NCBI RefSeq assembly: GCF_018350175.1
Contig: NC_058382.1
Location: 53,384,001-53,448,000, forward strand
Source: Felis catus
Taxonomy: Eukaryota
DNA length: 64,000 bases
Direction of reading: 5' to 3'
Shown: positions 1 to 12,255 of the stretch, in pieces
How the letters are laid out: each line of letters starts with the position of its first letter
Position numbering within the stretch: the stretch's first letter is position 1
The notes under the pieces: model-generated
The model's database searches: none
What the model was told of the DNA's origin: nothing
What the model saw: only the letters and a program-made list of their open reading frames with translations
Position numbers and translations under genes: made by a program

Positions 1-87
1 AGGTTAGTTCATCTCAGCAAGAGCTGAGGTATACCATCTCTGTGTTAGAACGTGGGGGCAGGCAGATATGGAGAAGCATATGTACGT

Positions 88-480
88 ACAGAAGCTCATT
101 ATCTACAGGGGTGCCTTCCAAGACCCCCAGTGGGTGCCTGAAACCACGGGCAGTACTGAACCCCCTATAGACTGTTTTTTTCCTATTCATAGATACCTAT
201 GATAATGCTTAACTTATAAATTAGACCCAGTAAGAGATTGGCAACAATAACTAATAGTAATGTATAACAATTATAGCCATATAATTGCAATAAAACTTAC
301 CCGAATGTGGGCTCTCTCACGAAATATCTTCTTGTACTGTACTCACGCTTCTGCTTGTGATGATGTGAGAGGATAAAATGTCTACGTGATGAGATGAAAT
401 GAGGTGAATGATGTAGGCATTGTGATGTCCCGTTAGGCTCCTACTGATCTTTCGACAATATTTCAGAAAGAAGATTCTGT
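88..480 (+). mobile_element. MER44-type (Tigger7-derived, TcMar) DNA transposon fossil
   Basis: Recognised motifs ttccaagacccccagtgggtgcctgaaacc, aaatatcttcttgtactgtactcac and gatgagatgaaatgaggtgaatgatgtaggcattgtg; boundaries approximate. Confidence 0.8.
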
Positions 481-509
481 ATAATGGCGCCCTTCTTCTG
501 TATATGCTC

Positions 510-512
<3 letters not shown>

Positions 513-550
<38 letters not shown>
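513..550. repeat. (TG)n microsatellite
   Basis: Direct reading. Confidence 0.98.
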
Positions 551-554
<4 letters not shown>

Positions 555-989
555 CGCACAAATCATATGCATTCAAGCGTTTGTTTGCAAGAGCGGGTCT
601 GTCTGTCTGTGTATGTAGAGGTGAACGAATTTGAGTGTGCATGTGTATTTCTGAGCACTTGCATAGAGGGGGGCTGACAGGAGAGGGCTTAATGGAAGAC
701 AGCAGACGACAACTCCCCACTATGACTGATTCTTGAAGATCTTGGGCTGGAAGAATCATGTCGGGCTCTCGGGGGTGAGAAAGTAGGGCTCTGTGTGTCC
801 ACAGGGATCTTCCGGCTGGATGAAGACCGCAGTTTCCTGGCACTGGTGCCCTGGTTCCCTGGCAAGGGTCTCCATCTAGCCTTGGTTCCTCCATGCCTTG
901 CTTGTCACTTGGAACCTCCAGCATCATCTTTGTGCGGAGTTCGGATCTGACCTTCCCAACAGCCCCAGAGTAGGGATCTCCAAGTTCAG

Positions 990-1140
990 GCTGGTAGGGC
1001 TTGTCTGGGAGCTCCCTTCACGCATAGAGTTCCTGTTACCACTTCTGGATTCTGACTCAGAAGTTTTGGTTTGGGGTCTGAGAATCTGCATTTTAACAAG
1101 CTCTTGGGTGCAGGTGACACAGACCACTTCTGGAGGCTCT
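990..1140. mobile_element. MER5-type hAT-Charlie fragment
   Basis: gattctgactcagaag...ggggtctgagaatctgcattttaacaagctc resembles the MER5A/B core. Confidence 0.6.
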
Positions 1141-1687
1141 CTGGCTTAGAAAGCCTGCAGGGATTCACTGACTTGTGTCCATCTTGAGCGTCTATCTCCC
1201 AGAATCTTCCTCTGACATGCTCCGTGTTATCACTGAGGAGATCACTTCCTCGAACCTGCGGTGTCCTATTTTGAGTCTGATATTCATTCAATACTAAAAT
1301 CAGATTCTATTTCCTCTTTTTGCTGAGCAGCTCCGGACACATTGTCAATTGTCTACCTGTTGATGGACCCTCAATGATCCCTCAATGGCCACTATGGAGG
1401 CAGGCCAGGGGTCCAATTGTACGCCTCTGCTTTGAAACCAAATGCCCAGCAAAGAATGAGAAAATACGTACTGTAGATTATCAAGGGGTTTCTTCTTCCT
1501 AAAGTCCATAGAATCTACCGACTTCAAGGATGTTTTCAACGTTAAAATCCCATCTTGCTAAAAGCATACTCTAGTCTTTCGAGCAAGAATTTATAAACAA
1601 TAGCAGTGATCTTCTTATCCATTGGAAGCGACTATTTCAACTTCCCGTACAGAATCCTACCTTGGCTAGAAGGAGGTTTTTTGTTTT

Positions 1688-1730
1688 TCTCCTCCTTCTC
1701 CTTCTCCTTCTCCTTCTCCTTCTCCTTCTT
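1688..1730. repeat. (CTCCTT)n hexamer repeat
   Basis: Direct reading. Confidence 0.95.
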
Positions 1731-3019
1731 TTTCCCTTTCAACCTCTCTAAATAGGTGAAGGTAGGCTGGCTTGCAAAAACTATTTGGCAATCCATTTCT
1801 TCATCCTCATCAACCAAATTCTGATTTCATATGGTATTGGAATGCAGACTACAGTCCCTAAAATAGGTGTGTGTGTGTGGGGGGGGGGGATGGGAGACTT
1901 ATTTGACAGTGTTACAAGGAGACAAGCTCGAAGCAAACATTTGACACTCCAGCCCTGGAATGCTGTAAAAATTTAATTAGGTGGATCCATTAGTCATGCC
2001 CACATGGAGGTTTCATACGGGACTTACAAAAATACAGGCTACTGAGGGAAAGTTTCAGACCTTCCTGTAAATACCATTTCCCTCATTATTGGGAAATGTG
2101 GTCTCGGTGGGACCGTTGAACCAGGCTTTGTATTTACAAAATATGGTCAGGACCAGATTAACAGCATGGACTGAAGGGGTTTTTGGATCCAAACAAGGGA
2201 TGACTTTTTTTTATAAGGGAGTTTACCCAGGCCGACTGCTTCTGAGTCAGTTGGGCTGAGAGACGATTTCGGTGCTCGCTGCTTTGCCTCACTTCCTGAC
2301 TTGAAATCTTAGGTTTAAAGGTACCCAGAACGGTGCTGGGTGGTAGGCTCCAATGGGATGAGCGTGTGCCTTTTTTTCAAGTTGAAAATACGCAGGCAGC
2401 CTCCCTAGTTCCAAAATGGGGCATGGTTAACGGGGGGGGTTTCATTCAGAAATCCAACTCTGAGATTTCAGGGCCTGGGATACTTATAGCTTGATTTGCA
2501 AGCAAACATTTTTAATTGACAAGCACCGTTATTTTGATTTGAAGTCTCTGATTGGTCACTGTGGTCTGGAAGGAGGTAGATGAGGAAGATCCTTCATACA
2601 ATTAATCGTATGGTGAAATTTGAAAGACACTGAGAATTAACTCAACACCCTTAGTTCTTCATCACTTTGAATCAGATACAATTGTTCACGTTGACCATGG
2701 GCACTGTTTCTTCAGAAAGATTTCAAGTGACTCAGACTAACAGGGTCTAAGCATTCAGCCAACAACGAAAGGGTTTCGTACGGTATACTATTCCCGTTCT
2801 AGGACCACAGTCCCCTGGAGACTGGCTGTGGACTAACTTTTCTGGCTTCATCTGTATATATTCATGCATGTATTTATGTTATTATTTCAACAAACATGTA
2901 TGTCTTTACGCTCCAGATGGAGACAAAAAGTTTACTGAGAAGCAGCCCTTGCCCTGGAGGAGATCAGAATCGAACGGGAAGACTCTAGTGACTTTTAAAC
3001 AAGTAACCACAGAACAGTG

Positions 3020-3445
3020 TGATGATAATTACAATGCTAAGTGCCTATCCATCAAGGAACTTACCCACATTAATTCAAGTGTTTTTAAAAGCAAGCCAGA
3101 AAGGCGGGATTTTAATATGATTTTTTTAGTGTTTATTTATTTATTTTGAGAGAGACAGAAAGAGTGTGAGTGGGCGAGGGGCAGAGAGAGAGGGGGAATA
3201 TCAAGCAGGCTCCATGCTGTCTGGGCAGAGCCCAACGTGGGGCTTGAACTCATGCAACTGTGAGATCATGACCTGAGCCAAAACCAAAAGTCGAGTGCTC
3301 AAACGACTGAGCCACCCAGGAGCCCCTGATTTTTTTTATAGATGAAGAAGATGAGACCCAGACAAGCTTCAGAACTTTCTAGATACATGGCTAAGAAATG
3401 CCAGAGCTAAGATTTGATTCTAGGACAGTCTAACTCCATTAAGCC
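3020..3445 (-). mobile_element. MIR remnant interrupted by a CanSINE
   Basis: MIR-like segments on both sides of the SINE (tttatagatgaagaagatgagaccc...ccagagctaagatttgattctaggacagtctaactcc). Confidence 0.55.
3128..3326 (-). mobile_element. CanSINE (SINEC)
   Basis: Reverse complement of ggggctcctgggtggctcagtcg head, (CT) tract and A-tail; TSD tgattttttt at 3118 and 3327. Confidence 0.95.
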
Positions 3446-4689
3446 GTATTGCCTCAGAGTCTGGGGTCAGAACAATGATTGAAGTGCGTGGTAGAACCAG
3501 AGTGCACAGAGGACTCTTGGAAAAGAGTCAGCAAAGTTTCGGGGTGGGGTGGGTCCTTGAAGGATGATTTGCAGTCTGCAAATTAGACAAATAAAGTGTT
3601 TGGTATCTTTCAGGGAAAGCCTGCCACGTAGTAACTAGTATTTTCTGGCCATTGTTTCTTACAAATAAACCTCAGTTTGAGATAAAGAATCCTATTTTAT
3701 ATCACAAAAGATACTGTGTCCCTAAAAGTCCCGTGGCTTGGTAAAGTTTTGTAGTCCTCTGTTTTTTCCCAAACTCATTGCACATGTAAAGATTTCAGGC
3801 TCAGCTGAATTTGGGAACCTCTTAGGAACATGTGAGCAGAGGAAGTACATAGCTTTGGGGAAATTGAGCTCCACTGGGCAGAAAATTAGCGGGTAGGGTG
3901 GAACGAGTAACTGGCAAAAAACAGAATGTCCGTGAGCGAGGGCTGCAGGTTTCTGGATGGCAGGCATATTGTGTTTGGGATGTTCAGGAATCCAAAGAAG
4001 TTAGACTGTGAGCCTTGTGAGCTTTTTCACATCTTTGACCCCAGACACTTCTGATGTGAGCTCAGTCGCCATCTTGGTGGAAAGTTCATTGTTTGGGGGA
4101 CGGAAGGAAAAGAACAGACTCTAGCTTTTGTTTCGCCGAGTTTCACTCTTCCAAATTTTCTGGGAATGTGTAAATGTCGATTTATTCTTTCAACTCCTCA
4201 GGCTTCTGATTTCTCAATTCAGCCACACAGGACAAGGCTTCTTAAAGTAGATTGGTGAAAAGCAAAGCAAGTCTCACATGGTGGCCCCAACACTTGAGAT
4301 CGCTGTCTGAAACTGAGCTCCTCATCTATCAAATCCCAAGCTGTGCCTTCACAGTAAAGAAAAGGTGGACCCTTCTGAAAGGCAATTTTCATCAGCCGGG
4401 ACAAAATGGCCCGTTGGTCTCTATCCTTTGGTCTGTCCATCTCTGGTGGACGTCTGCTATTTGTGTCCATCAAACACTTCTCTTTTCTCTGGGGATCCCA
4501 CCCCCATCTCCCACTCTTGAACTTTGCTCGGGGCAGACTCCCTAGGTTCCTGGTTCCAGAGGTGATGGCCCTGACCAAATACCTTTCCGCAGTGTTGGGT
4601 TCTGGGATGAGCTAGCACGCTACCAATTCAAGCCAAGAAAGCTTCCCGTCCAGAACTATTGAGAACGATTGGAAAAGAAGAAGCTCATT

Positions 4690-4976
4690 CTGTAGGGAAA
4701 GTTTACGGCAAAGATGATTTAAGACTGGAGTTTCCAGTGGCCGTATTTCTACCTCAGGGGGATCCATGCAAAGGATGAAGGCAACACAGGAGTGAGTGAA
4801 TCGGGGACCAGTAGGAACCAGTTCCTGGTGACAATGTTGATAATATCTGGATCCGGGCACGCCAAAAGCCAGCATCACCACTGAACTTTTCAAAATGTAA
4901 GCCAGTACGTTGTTTCGGTATGTTCTTAACCCAGATTGCATTGAGTCTCCTGCCACTTATGAGCAAGAGTCCCGAC
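4690..4976 (+). mobile_element. Old MLT1 (MaLR) LTR fragment
   Basis: gttcctggtgacaatgttg...ctggatcc...aagccagc...tgtaagccagta...gccacttatgagcaagagtcccgaca resembles an MLT1J/K 3' half. Confidence 0.5.
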
Positions 4977-5195
4977 ACCGCCTCTATTTAGGGCTCCTCA
5001 GGCTGCCTGCAGACGACTGAGAGCACGTTATGACATTCTCAAAATATACAGAAACACTTGTGAGTTCACTTTCCTTTAAAATAGGAACGTAGGAGTGGGA
5101 TGCAAACGTTATTAAATCCAAAAGACAGTCAGAAGGCAGAGAAACGGATTCAAATTAGGAACCGTTCACTCCACTGTGACCGACTCATGGCTCAC

Positions 5196-5547
5196 TAGGG
5201 CTGAGCCGTCCAGTGTGGGAGCCACGAGTCCCACGTGGGGAAGGAGCATTTCGTCTCCGGCTCATTCGAATGGAACGGAAATGAGCCGTGTGCGCAAAAC
5301 GCACCCTGGGTTTAGAACACGGGACGAGCAAGAGAGTGTAAACTATCTCACTAAACATTTTTGCATTCATTACGTGTCCAAGTAAAAATATTTTGGAAAT
5401 ATTAGGTTGAATAAAAAAGTATTATTAAAATCACCTTCACCCATTTCTTTATTTTATTTTTTTTTACTTTTTGTATTATGGCTGCAAGGACAATTTTAAA
5501 CCATATATATGGGTCACATTACATTTCTACTGGACCATGCTGCCCTA
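5196..5547. mobile_element. MER33/MER3-type hAT-Charlie MITE
   Basis: gtccagtgtgggagccac start, aatattttggaaatattaggttgaataaaa core, catttctactggaccatgctgcccta end. Confidence 0.75.
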
Positions 5548-5971
5548 AATGTGGAATTGCCAAGAGATTCCACGTTAGGCTAACCAGAAACTCTGCATTG
5601 GACACTCCCACCCTGGTTTTCTTTATCTTGAACTAATGGGGTTGACGGTGTGGGAAGAAGATGTGGGTCAAATCATCCTTCACAGTACAGCCCCTCTCTC
5701 TCCGAAGCAGCCCCCAGATTCTTCCCATAACTCCTCTCTTCTAGGCCAAACACTCCCTGTTCAACAATCACTTTTCATAACCTGCTTGCCTCACTTTTCT
5801 CTGGACACCTTCCAGTTTCCCAGAGATCCTCTTAAAATACGGTGCTCAGCCTTCTCCCTGGCCTCCTATCGGTAGTTGGGGCACCGAGGTTCTCACCTCC
5901 CCACACTAGACACCATATTTCTATTAATTTGACCCCTCTGCTATTACCATCTTTGGAAACTGAGGCTTCTA

Positions 5972-6175
5972 CCAGTGGTTCTCAAAGGAGAATCCCCAGA
6001 CCAGCAGCATCAGCATCACCTGAGAACCAGTTTGAAATGCAAATTCTCTGGCTCCACCCAGGACCCAGATCCTGAATGACAAACTCTGGGGGGGGGGAGG
6101 GGGGTGGGGCCCAGCAATCTGTGCTTTAACAAGCCTTCCAGGGGATTCTCATGCATGAATGAGTGTGAACTATAC
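5972..6175. mobile_element. MER5A hAT-Charlie MITE
   Basis: cagtggttctcaaa...gaccagcagcatcagcatcacctg...aaatgcaaattct...ggggcccagcaatctgtgctttaacaagcc. Confidence 0.9.
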
Positions 6176-6719
6176 TGGTTTAGACCCAACACCTTCTACA
6201 ATCTTCTGCCTATGAGCCAGATTTCCCATTGTAATGGCTGGGGTTTGTTTTTGAACCATAATGCAGGAACTTGCCTTTGTTCCTGGTGGTGCATCATAAT
6301 GCTGGGCCACGGATCTAACTTGTCTAAACCTTCTGGAACATAGATTCTGCCATTTCTCCCTGCATCGTGTGAAATGCACACGGACAACGCTGCCTTTCGT
6401 CTGTAGGCAGAGCTCTGATGTGAATGTTGAACAACACAGGCTTCAAATCAGGGTCACGTTTCCCTCCATGCCTTGGGTCACGCTGTTCCCTCTGCTTCGG
6501 AAATATGTTTCCGAAGCCCATCTCCTTCACCCACCGATGGGCTTTCCTGCCTCGCCCTACCAAGATCCGCAGTATTTTCACTTAGATGTCACCTCTGTCA
6601 AGAAAATCAGGTTCGGGGGTGGTCATTCGAGCCTCCTGCACCGACAGCTATGAGTGTTTGAGTGACTTGTCTTCTGGAACGCGGATTCTCTACAGACGCC
6701 GCTCTGCTCCCAGGGGCAA

Positions 6720-6930
6720 TTCTGGAGCTTTGATTCTCTACGGGCATGGCTCTGCTCCCAGGGGCGAGGGCTGGACACATTTTTGGTGGTCACAACTTGG
6801 GGATGCTACTAGCATCCAGTGGGTTGAGGCCAGGGATGCTGTTGAACATCCTAGAATGCATCAGGCAGGTCCCCCAACAAAGAAGGACGTAGCTCCCCAC
6901 ATCAACAGTGCTGACGTCGAAAAACCTGTC
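6720..6930. mobile_element. MER20 hAT-Charlie MITE
   Basis: tggtcacaacttggggatgctactagcatccagtgggttgaggccagggatgctg...aacagtgctgacgtcgaaaaacctg. Confidence 0.85.
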
Positions 6931-7857
6931 CTAGGCTTTAAGTTCTGCGTCCCTGTTACTAACCAGTTTTAGCCCCAACAGAATGAATGACCCAAAGGGA
7001 ATGCCGAATGTCGAAGGAAGAGGTGACATCTCCCTTGGTGGGAAGGTGAGAAAAACCAACCAAGGCAGGTTGATAACTCCCTGTTTTAGGAAACAACTTG
7101 CCTGGGGGCAAGTATGGTTGAAGACATTCAGAACTCGTTTTTCATCAATAGATAAACCTGGTTTACAATGAGTATACCCAATGCTGATTCATACTTGGGC
7201 TTCTAAGGTGCTCAAAAGCCACTAAAACATTTCTCGGTCTGTAGGTTGCCTGAGCACCTCCTTTTGCTATCCTATTGCCCTATTAATGTGTCGAGTTATA
7301 TGATATTCATTCACCGTGTGGACTTGGGCAGCTTAATCTCTCCAGGCCTTAGTTTTCTCAGAATGGGTATAAATACACCAACACTTCCCGGGGCCTGGAG
7401 ACGGGGATACGAGGGTGAAGTCAGATGGAGTTTGAATGTCCTGAGCATGTATGCATATGGCTTGGTCTGGAACAATCCCCTCCTCTTGGGAGTGACTATT
7501 TCACATTTAATCCCTCTGGCTATCCTGTGGGTCACTAGCAGGTACTGTATAGTCTTAATTTAAAAGACAATGACTTTGAACTTGAGTCGGCCCAACCGGC
7601 TGGATTTTGTCCAGCTTTCCATCAATGAAAACATCTTACTGGTGTCTATAATTGATTTTGACTGATGTAAAGAAACTTCTTCTGTCATTGACAAAGCTTT
7701 TCTGAAAGCTTCTCGAATGTTAAGAAGGACGATTTTCAAACCATCCAGCATGAGGATCCACACGTTTGCATCCAAGGTTGGCCGCGACTCCCAGACATCT
7801 CCAGTGGCGTGGGCTCACAGACGGGAGAGAAGACTCCCGTTTAAAGTGATGATATTT

Positions 7858-8055
7858 GGGGCGCCTGGGTGGCTCAGTCGGGTAAGCGCCTGACCCTTGA
7901 TTTCGGCTCAGGTCACGATCTCACGGTTCGTGGGTTCAAGCCCCGTGTTGGGCTCTGTGCTGACAGCTTGTGCTTGGGATTCTCTCTCTTACTCTCTCTC
8001 TCTGTCCCTCTCCGACTTGTGCTCTCTCTCTCAAAAATAAATAAGAAAAAATTTT
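7858..8055 (+). mobile_element. CanSINE (SINEC)
   Basis: ggggcgcctgggtggctcagtcgg head; TSD aagtgatga(t/c)attt at 7844-7857 and 8056-8069. Confidence 0.97.
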
Positions 8056-10219
8056 AAGTGATGACATTTGAACTGTCAAAGGAAGCCAGCAAGCAGGGAT
8101 GGGGAATTCCGTACTAGCAGTGAGGCCTGAAGGCCTCACTGGAGCCTTCTCTGGGCCGCACTTCCAACCAAGCTCGCTCTGTAGAGACCACATCCACTTG
8201 GAGCCTCATGGAAGCTGCTCTCCTGCGCTCTGCTGGGGGAAGAGCCCTGCCCGAGCGTCTCCCAGGGGGAGGCAAGGCCTGGGAGCCAGTGAGTCATTCT
8301 GTCTTGGCACAGAGTCCCCAGGGCTCTTGGGGGAAACAAACAGACTTTGTTGAAAGGAAGCCCTCCTGCGTATGAATGGCCACCAGTCAGCTCTTTGGTG
8401 GAGCCCTATAACCTGCTCCTGCCCCTTCTTCCCCTCTTGGCCCGGAGAAACCACAGCGGCTTGGGGGAGGGGGTGGATGCTTGAAGGTCAGACCTCTGTT
8501 GTCAGCCTGGAACAAAGACCCAGGCCCTGGCCGGAGAGACCTTTCCTGGGGCCCGATAAGGGGCCCCTGCTTCTGACGGAGTTTTAGTGGCCTCACCATT
8601 GCTTGGCTAAAAGGAGAGTCAGGCTGGACACCTCCTTCCCGTCATCTCTCTTCCGTTAGCTGGGTGGCGGTCAGGCATCTCCCTCATGTTGAAAGAGCTC
8701 TCCCTCCGGGAGCTCACTTCTGTGATGTTTATTCACCTTTGTTGGAGGAATTTCTCTGCCCAACACACAGCTTTATTATGTAATGCCACGGGGGAATATT
8801 TTCCTCTCTCGGCAGCTGTATTGAGAATTTCTTATGAACAGACACCCACTCTTAGGAGAGAAGAATATTCAAATCGGTCTGTTTGGGGATCGGGGAGGGA
8901 ACCGATCTTCTTGGGCCTGAATGGGAGCAGGCCGAGGGAGCTGGGGACAGGCTTGTGTGTCACTCCAGAGAAGGAAGGAAGAAGGAAGGGAAGAAGCGTG
9001 GGGTTACTGCTGGCGTGGTGTCCTAAAGCCGTCCGTGTGCCCCTGTGACCCATCCAGTCCTGGGATCATCAACCTTTCAGTAAAGGCCCCGCGCCCGGAG
9101 TGTTTCAGATGAGTGGCTTTCTTTCAGAAATCCCTTTAAGATACACGCTTCTTGTTCAGCTGGATGAGGGTGACAAGCCACGTGAGCTCAGAAGCTGGCA
9201 GAAATAGGAGGCGATAGCTCTTGGGGGAATTCGCAGTAAACTGCGGGGACAACTCTGGGTTTTTGAAAATCCGTGGAATTCGGGTTTGGACTAATTTTAA
9301 CTAAATGTGCTAGGAGTGAGGGCTGTGGATAACATCTGACTCACACTGCCAATGTCCCTGGGCTCGCCTTCACTGGTACCCACGGTTCTCTCCTCCTCTC
9401 ACAAAGGGGAGGGGGCTGGGGCTCCATATGCTGAGGCTCGCTGCGATCGAGGGCACGACATGGTCTCCGAGGAGGAGGAGAAGGAGGAGGCGTGACCCTG
9501 TTTATTAGCTCCTTGGAGCAGGGCGAGGGAGCCGGGACAACGTGGCAGGTGTGCGGGAAGCCCTTCCCCTCATTAACCCAGATGGAGGTCACGGCTCCAT
9601 CCCGGCTGCTGCCAGGAAACAGCGGCTTGTCAAAACTTCGGGCGAAACGCAAGGTTCCAGCTCATTGGAACCCAATTCCGTGATGAGCGCGGGCAGAAGA
9701 GGGAGCTGTGCTTGACTAGCCCCAGAGAGGCCAAGCAGATGTCGTGCGAGACCCCTCTCTGCCAAGCTCCAGCACTGGCTGGGCTCATCACCCAAACAGG
9801 GCCCCGGGGAGAGCAGCTGATGAGGGCCTCGCCGTGCAGGGAGCCACGGAGCGCTCGGCTCTGCCCCCTCCCCCAGGGCGGCCTGGCCCCCCGCCAGCTC
9901 AGTTAGGAAAGGAGGCCGGGCAGCCAGTAGTACATGGGGAACTCCTGCAAGAGACCCAGCAATGCTTTTGGACGGCGTCCAGCCGTCACGGGCTGCAGGG
10001 ACTTCAGTCGGGGCGGGGCCGGCCGGGAGACAGAAGCTGGGAACACGGACACGCTCCCACCCCCCCACGGGGAGAGAGGTGGACATAAACTGTGAACTCC
10101 AAAAGCAGGTCTCTTAGCTGCTCTGTCTGCAGTGGCTTGGAGAGCGATCACGGCTTCCCTCGGGCCGAACAAGTGCTTGCCCTGGAACCCAGACACCTTC
10201 CGGAAAGCAATGAGGGATC

Positions 10220-10750
10220 CGCACGCTGACACGCGCGCCCATGTGTGTGTCTAAATGGTGTGAGCGCCTGTTCCGTACGGGCGTGCGTTTGAGCGAGGAC
10301 ATACCGGTCACCGTGTGAGAAGATGGGTGCGGTCAGTTGCGGCGTGTACACACGGACAGTGGGGGTGCGCTTTTCTTCACGTGCCTGTGTCGTGTTCTAC
10401 GTGTGCATTGCCTGACCGTACGTGAGCCTGCATGCGCACGGCCAGTGTGTAGGTGCTTCCCCGGGGGTCTGTGCGCACATCTGGCCACATGGTCAGCCGT
10501 GCCTTTGTTAGAGTACGTGTCCTCTGAGTGTGGAGAGGTTCCTGGACTATGACGTGTGGGCGTGCCGACCACAGGCCCCAAATGCATGCGTCATTCTAGC
10601 TGGTAAACTGCGTGTACGTCCAATGGGTGTGCACGTCCCGTGTGTGTGTAGTTTTTATAAAACCCTGCATGTGTGTGTGATGTGTGTGTCAGTTGTGTGA
10701 ATGCATGGGAGAGAAAAGGCACAGCGCTGGAGACGATGTGCGTGCACGCA
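10220..10750. repeat. Degenerate GT/CG-rich low-complexity tract
   Basis: Dense gtgt/gcgt/acgt/gcac words without a clean period. Confidence 0.7.
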
Positions 10751-11593
10751 CCACTGGTGGCCCATCCAGCCTATCCACGGCCATCTCTGGACATCGAAGC
10801 CCCTTGGCACGGCATGTGGGGTTGGCCCCCCACAGCTCACCTATCCCTCCTCCAGGCCAGCCCCGTTGCCTGCCATGCCCGGTGCCCCCGTAACTCCCTT
10901 TACTCCATTTCTATAAACCTGCTTACAGTTCCATGCCCTTGGGCCTCTGTTCGTGCTGGTCCCTCTTCCAGAACGCCCCTTCCCTTCTGTCATCTTTCTG
11001 CCAATTACTGATGGTTTCAGATTCGGTTCAAGGGTGGACACATCTATGTAGCCTCCTTGATGTTGAAGCTGATCATTTCCTACTTTGTCTCCCAACTATG
11101 GACGCAAACACATCTCCCCAAAAGCACCTCTGAGGTTCTAGGCACTTGTTTGCCTGCACATGTGTTTTCCTGTCCAAGACGGTGACCCCCGGGGGGGAGG
11201 GAGACCGTGCTGGCTTCTGCTCCCTGAGCACTAGGGCATTCCAGACCTTCCGCTAGACCTACTCAGCCACATGGCAGTCCTGTTAGGCAGGTGACTCTGT
11301 TCTCACTCTAGAGATGGGGTCGCTGAGGCTCTCTGAAAGGGTCATAGATCTCGTAAGAAGCTAGGCAGGAACTGAACCCTATATCTGACTCTGGGGCTCA
11401 AGTATTATACGGTTACACCATTCCTACTGAAGAACTTATTCTTCTGATTGTTGGCTGATTCATTGATTCCAGAAATATTTATTGAGCGCTTGCCATATAC
11501 TGGTTGCTGTTCTAAGCTCCTAGAATACAACCCCAAATTGCCTCATGGAGCTTGAATTCTAGTTCTGGTTGACCCCAGGAGGCTGGGATGGAT

Positions 11594-11595
<2 letters not shown>

Positions 11596-11647
<52 letters not shown>
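11596..11647. repeat. (TG)n(CG)n alternating purine-pyrimidine repeat (Z-DNA prone)
   Basis: Direct reading. Confidence 0.95.
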
Positions 11648-11774
11648 TATGTACATGTAGGCGTGCATTCTATCTTTGAGCCGGAGTGCCCCAGGATCCA
11701 AGGTCATCTCAGAAGGAGGTGCCCTGAAAGATTAGCCGTGCAACTGCGGAGTGGAGAAGATGAGAAACAGATCA

Positions 11775-12255
11775 TCAAATGCCCACATCCTACTGCCTGG
11801 AACCTGTGAATGTATGAGGCTCCATGGAAAAGAGAAGTTCAGGTTGCAGATGGAATTAAGGTTGCCAAGCAGTGGATTTTAGGAGAGGGAGATTATCCTG
11901 GATTATAAGGGTAGGGCCAGTGAAGTCACAGGTGTTCTGAAAAGCGCCAGGGAAGGCAAAAGCAGAAGGCGTCAGGATGACGCGGGAAGGACAGGACTCA
12001 CCGTTGCTGACTTTGACGGTGAAGGAAGGGGCCGGGAGCCAGAGCATGTGGGCAGCCTCTAGAAGCTGGAGAGGACGAGGAAACAGATTCTTCCCTGGAG
12101 CCTCCAGAAGGAATACAGCCCTGCTCCCAACTTGACTTCAGCCCAGTAAGAAGCATGTTGGAATTCTGACCTCCAGAACTGTAAGAGAATGAACGTGGGT
12201 CACTTTAAGTTTCTTGGAGGTGAAATATTAATGGTGGCCGCAAGAAATGGATACA
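11775..12255 (+). mobile_element. MLT1D-like MaLR solo LTR
   Basis: cctggaacctgtgaatg...ggagattatcctggatta...ggcagcctctagaagctgga...ccctggagcctccagaagg...ttctgacctccagaactgtaaga...aaatggataca. Confidence 0.9.

Noticed and set aside
7062..7104. miRNA-like hairpin (aggcaggttg...caacttgcct)
   Set aside because: The stem is only ~10 bp, too short for a pre-miRNA and expected by chance.
7858..7940. tRNA gene
   Set aside because: The A/B-box head belongs to a tRNA-derived CanSINE with CT tract, A tail and TSD; the same applies to all SINE heads here.
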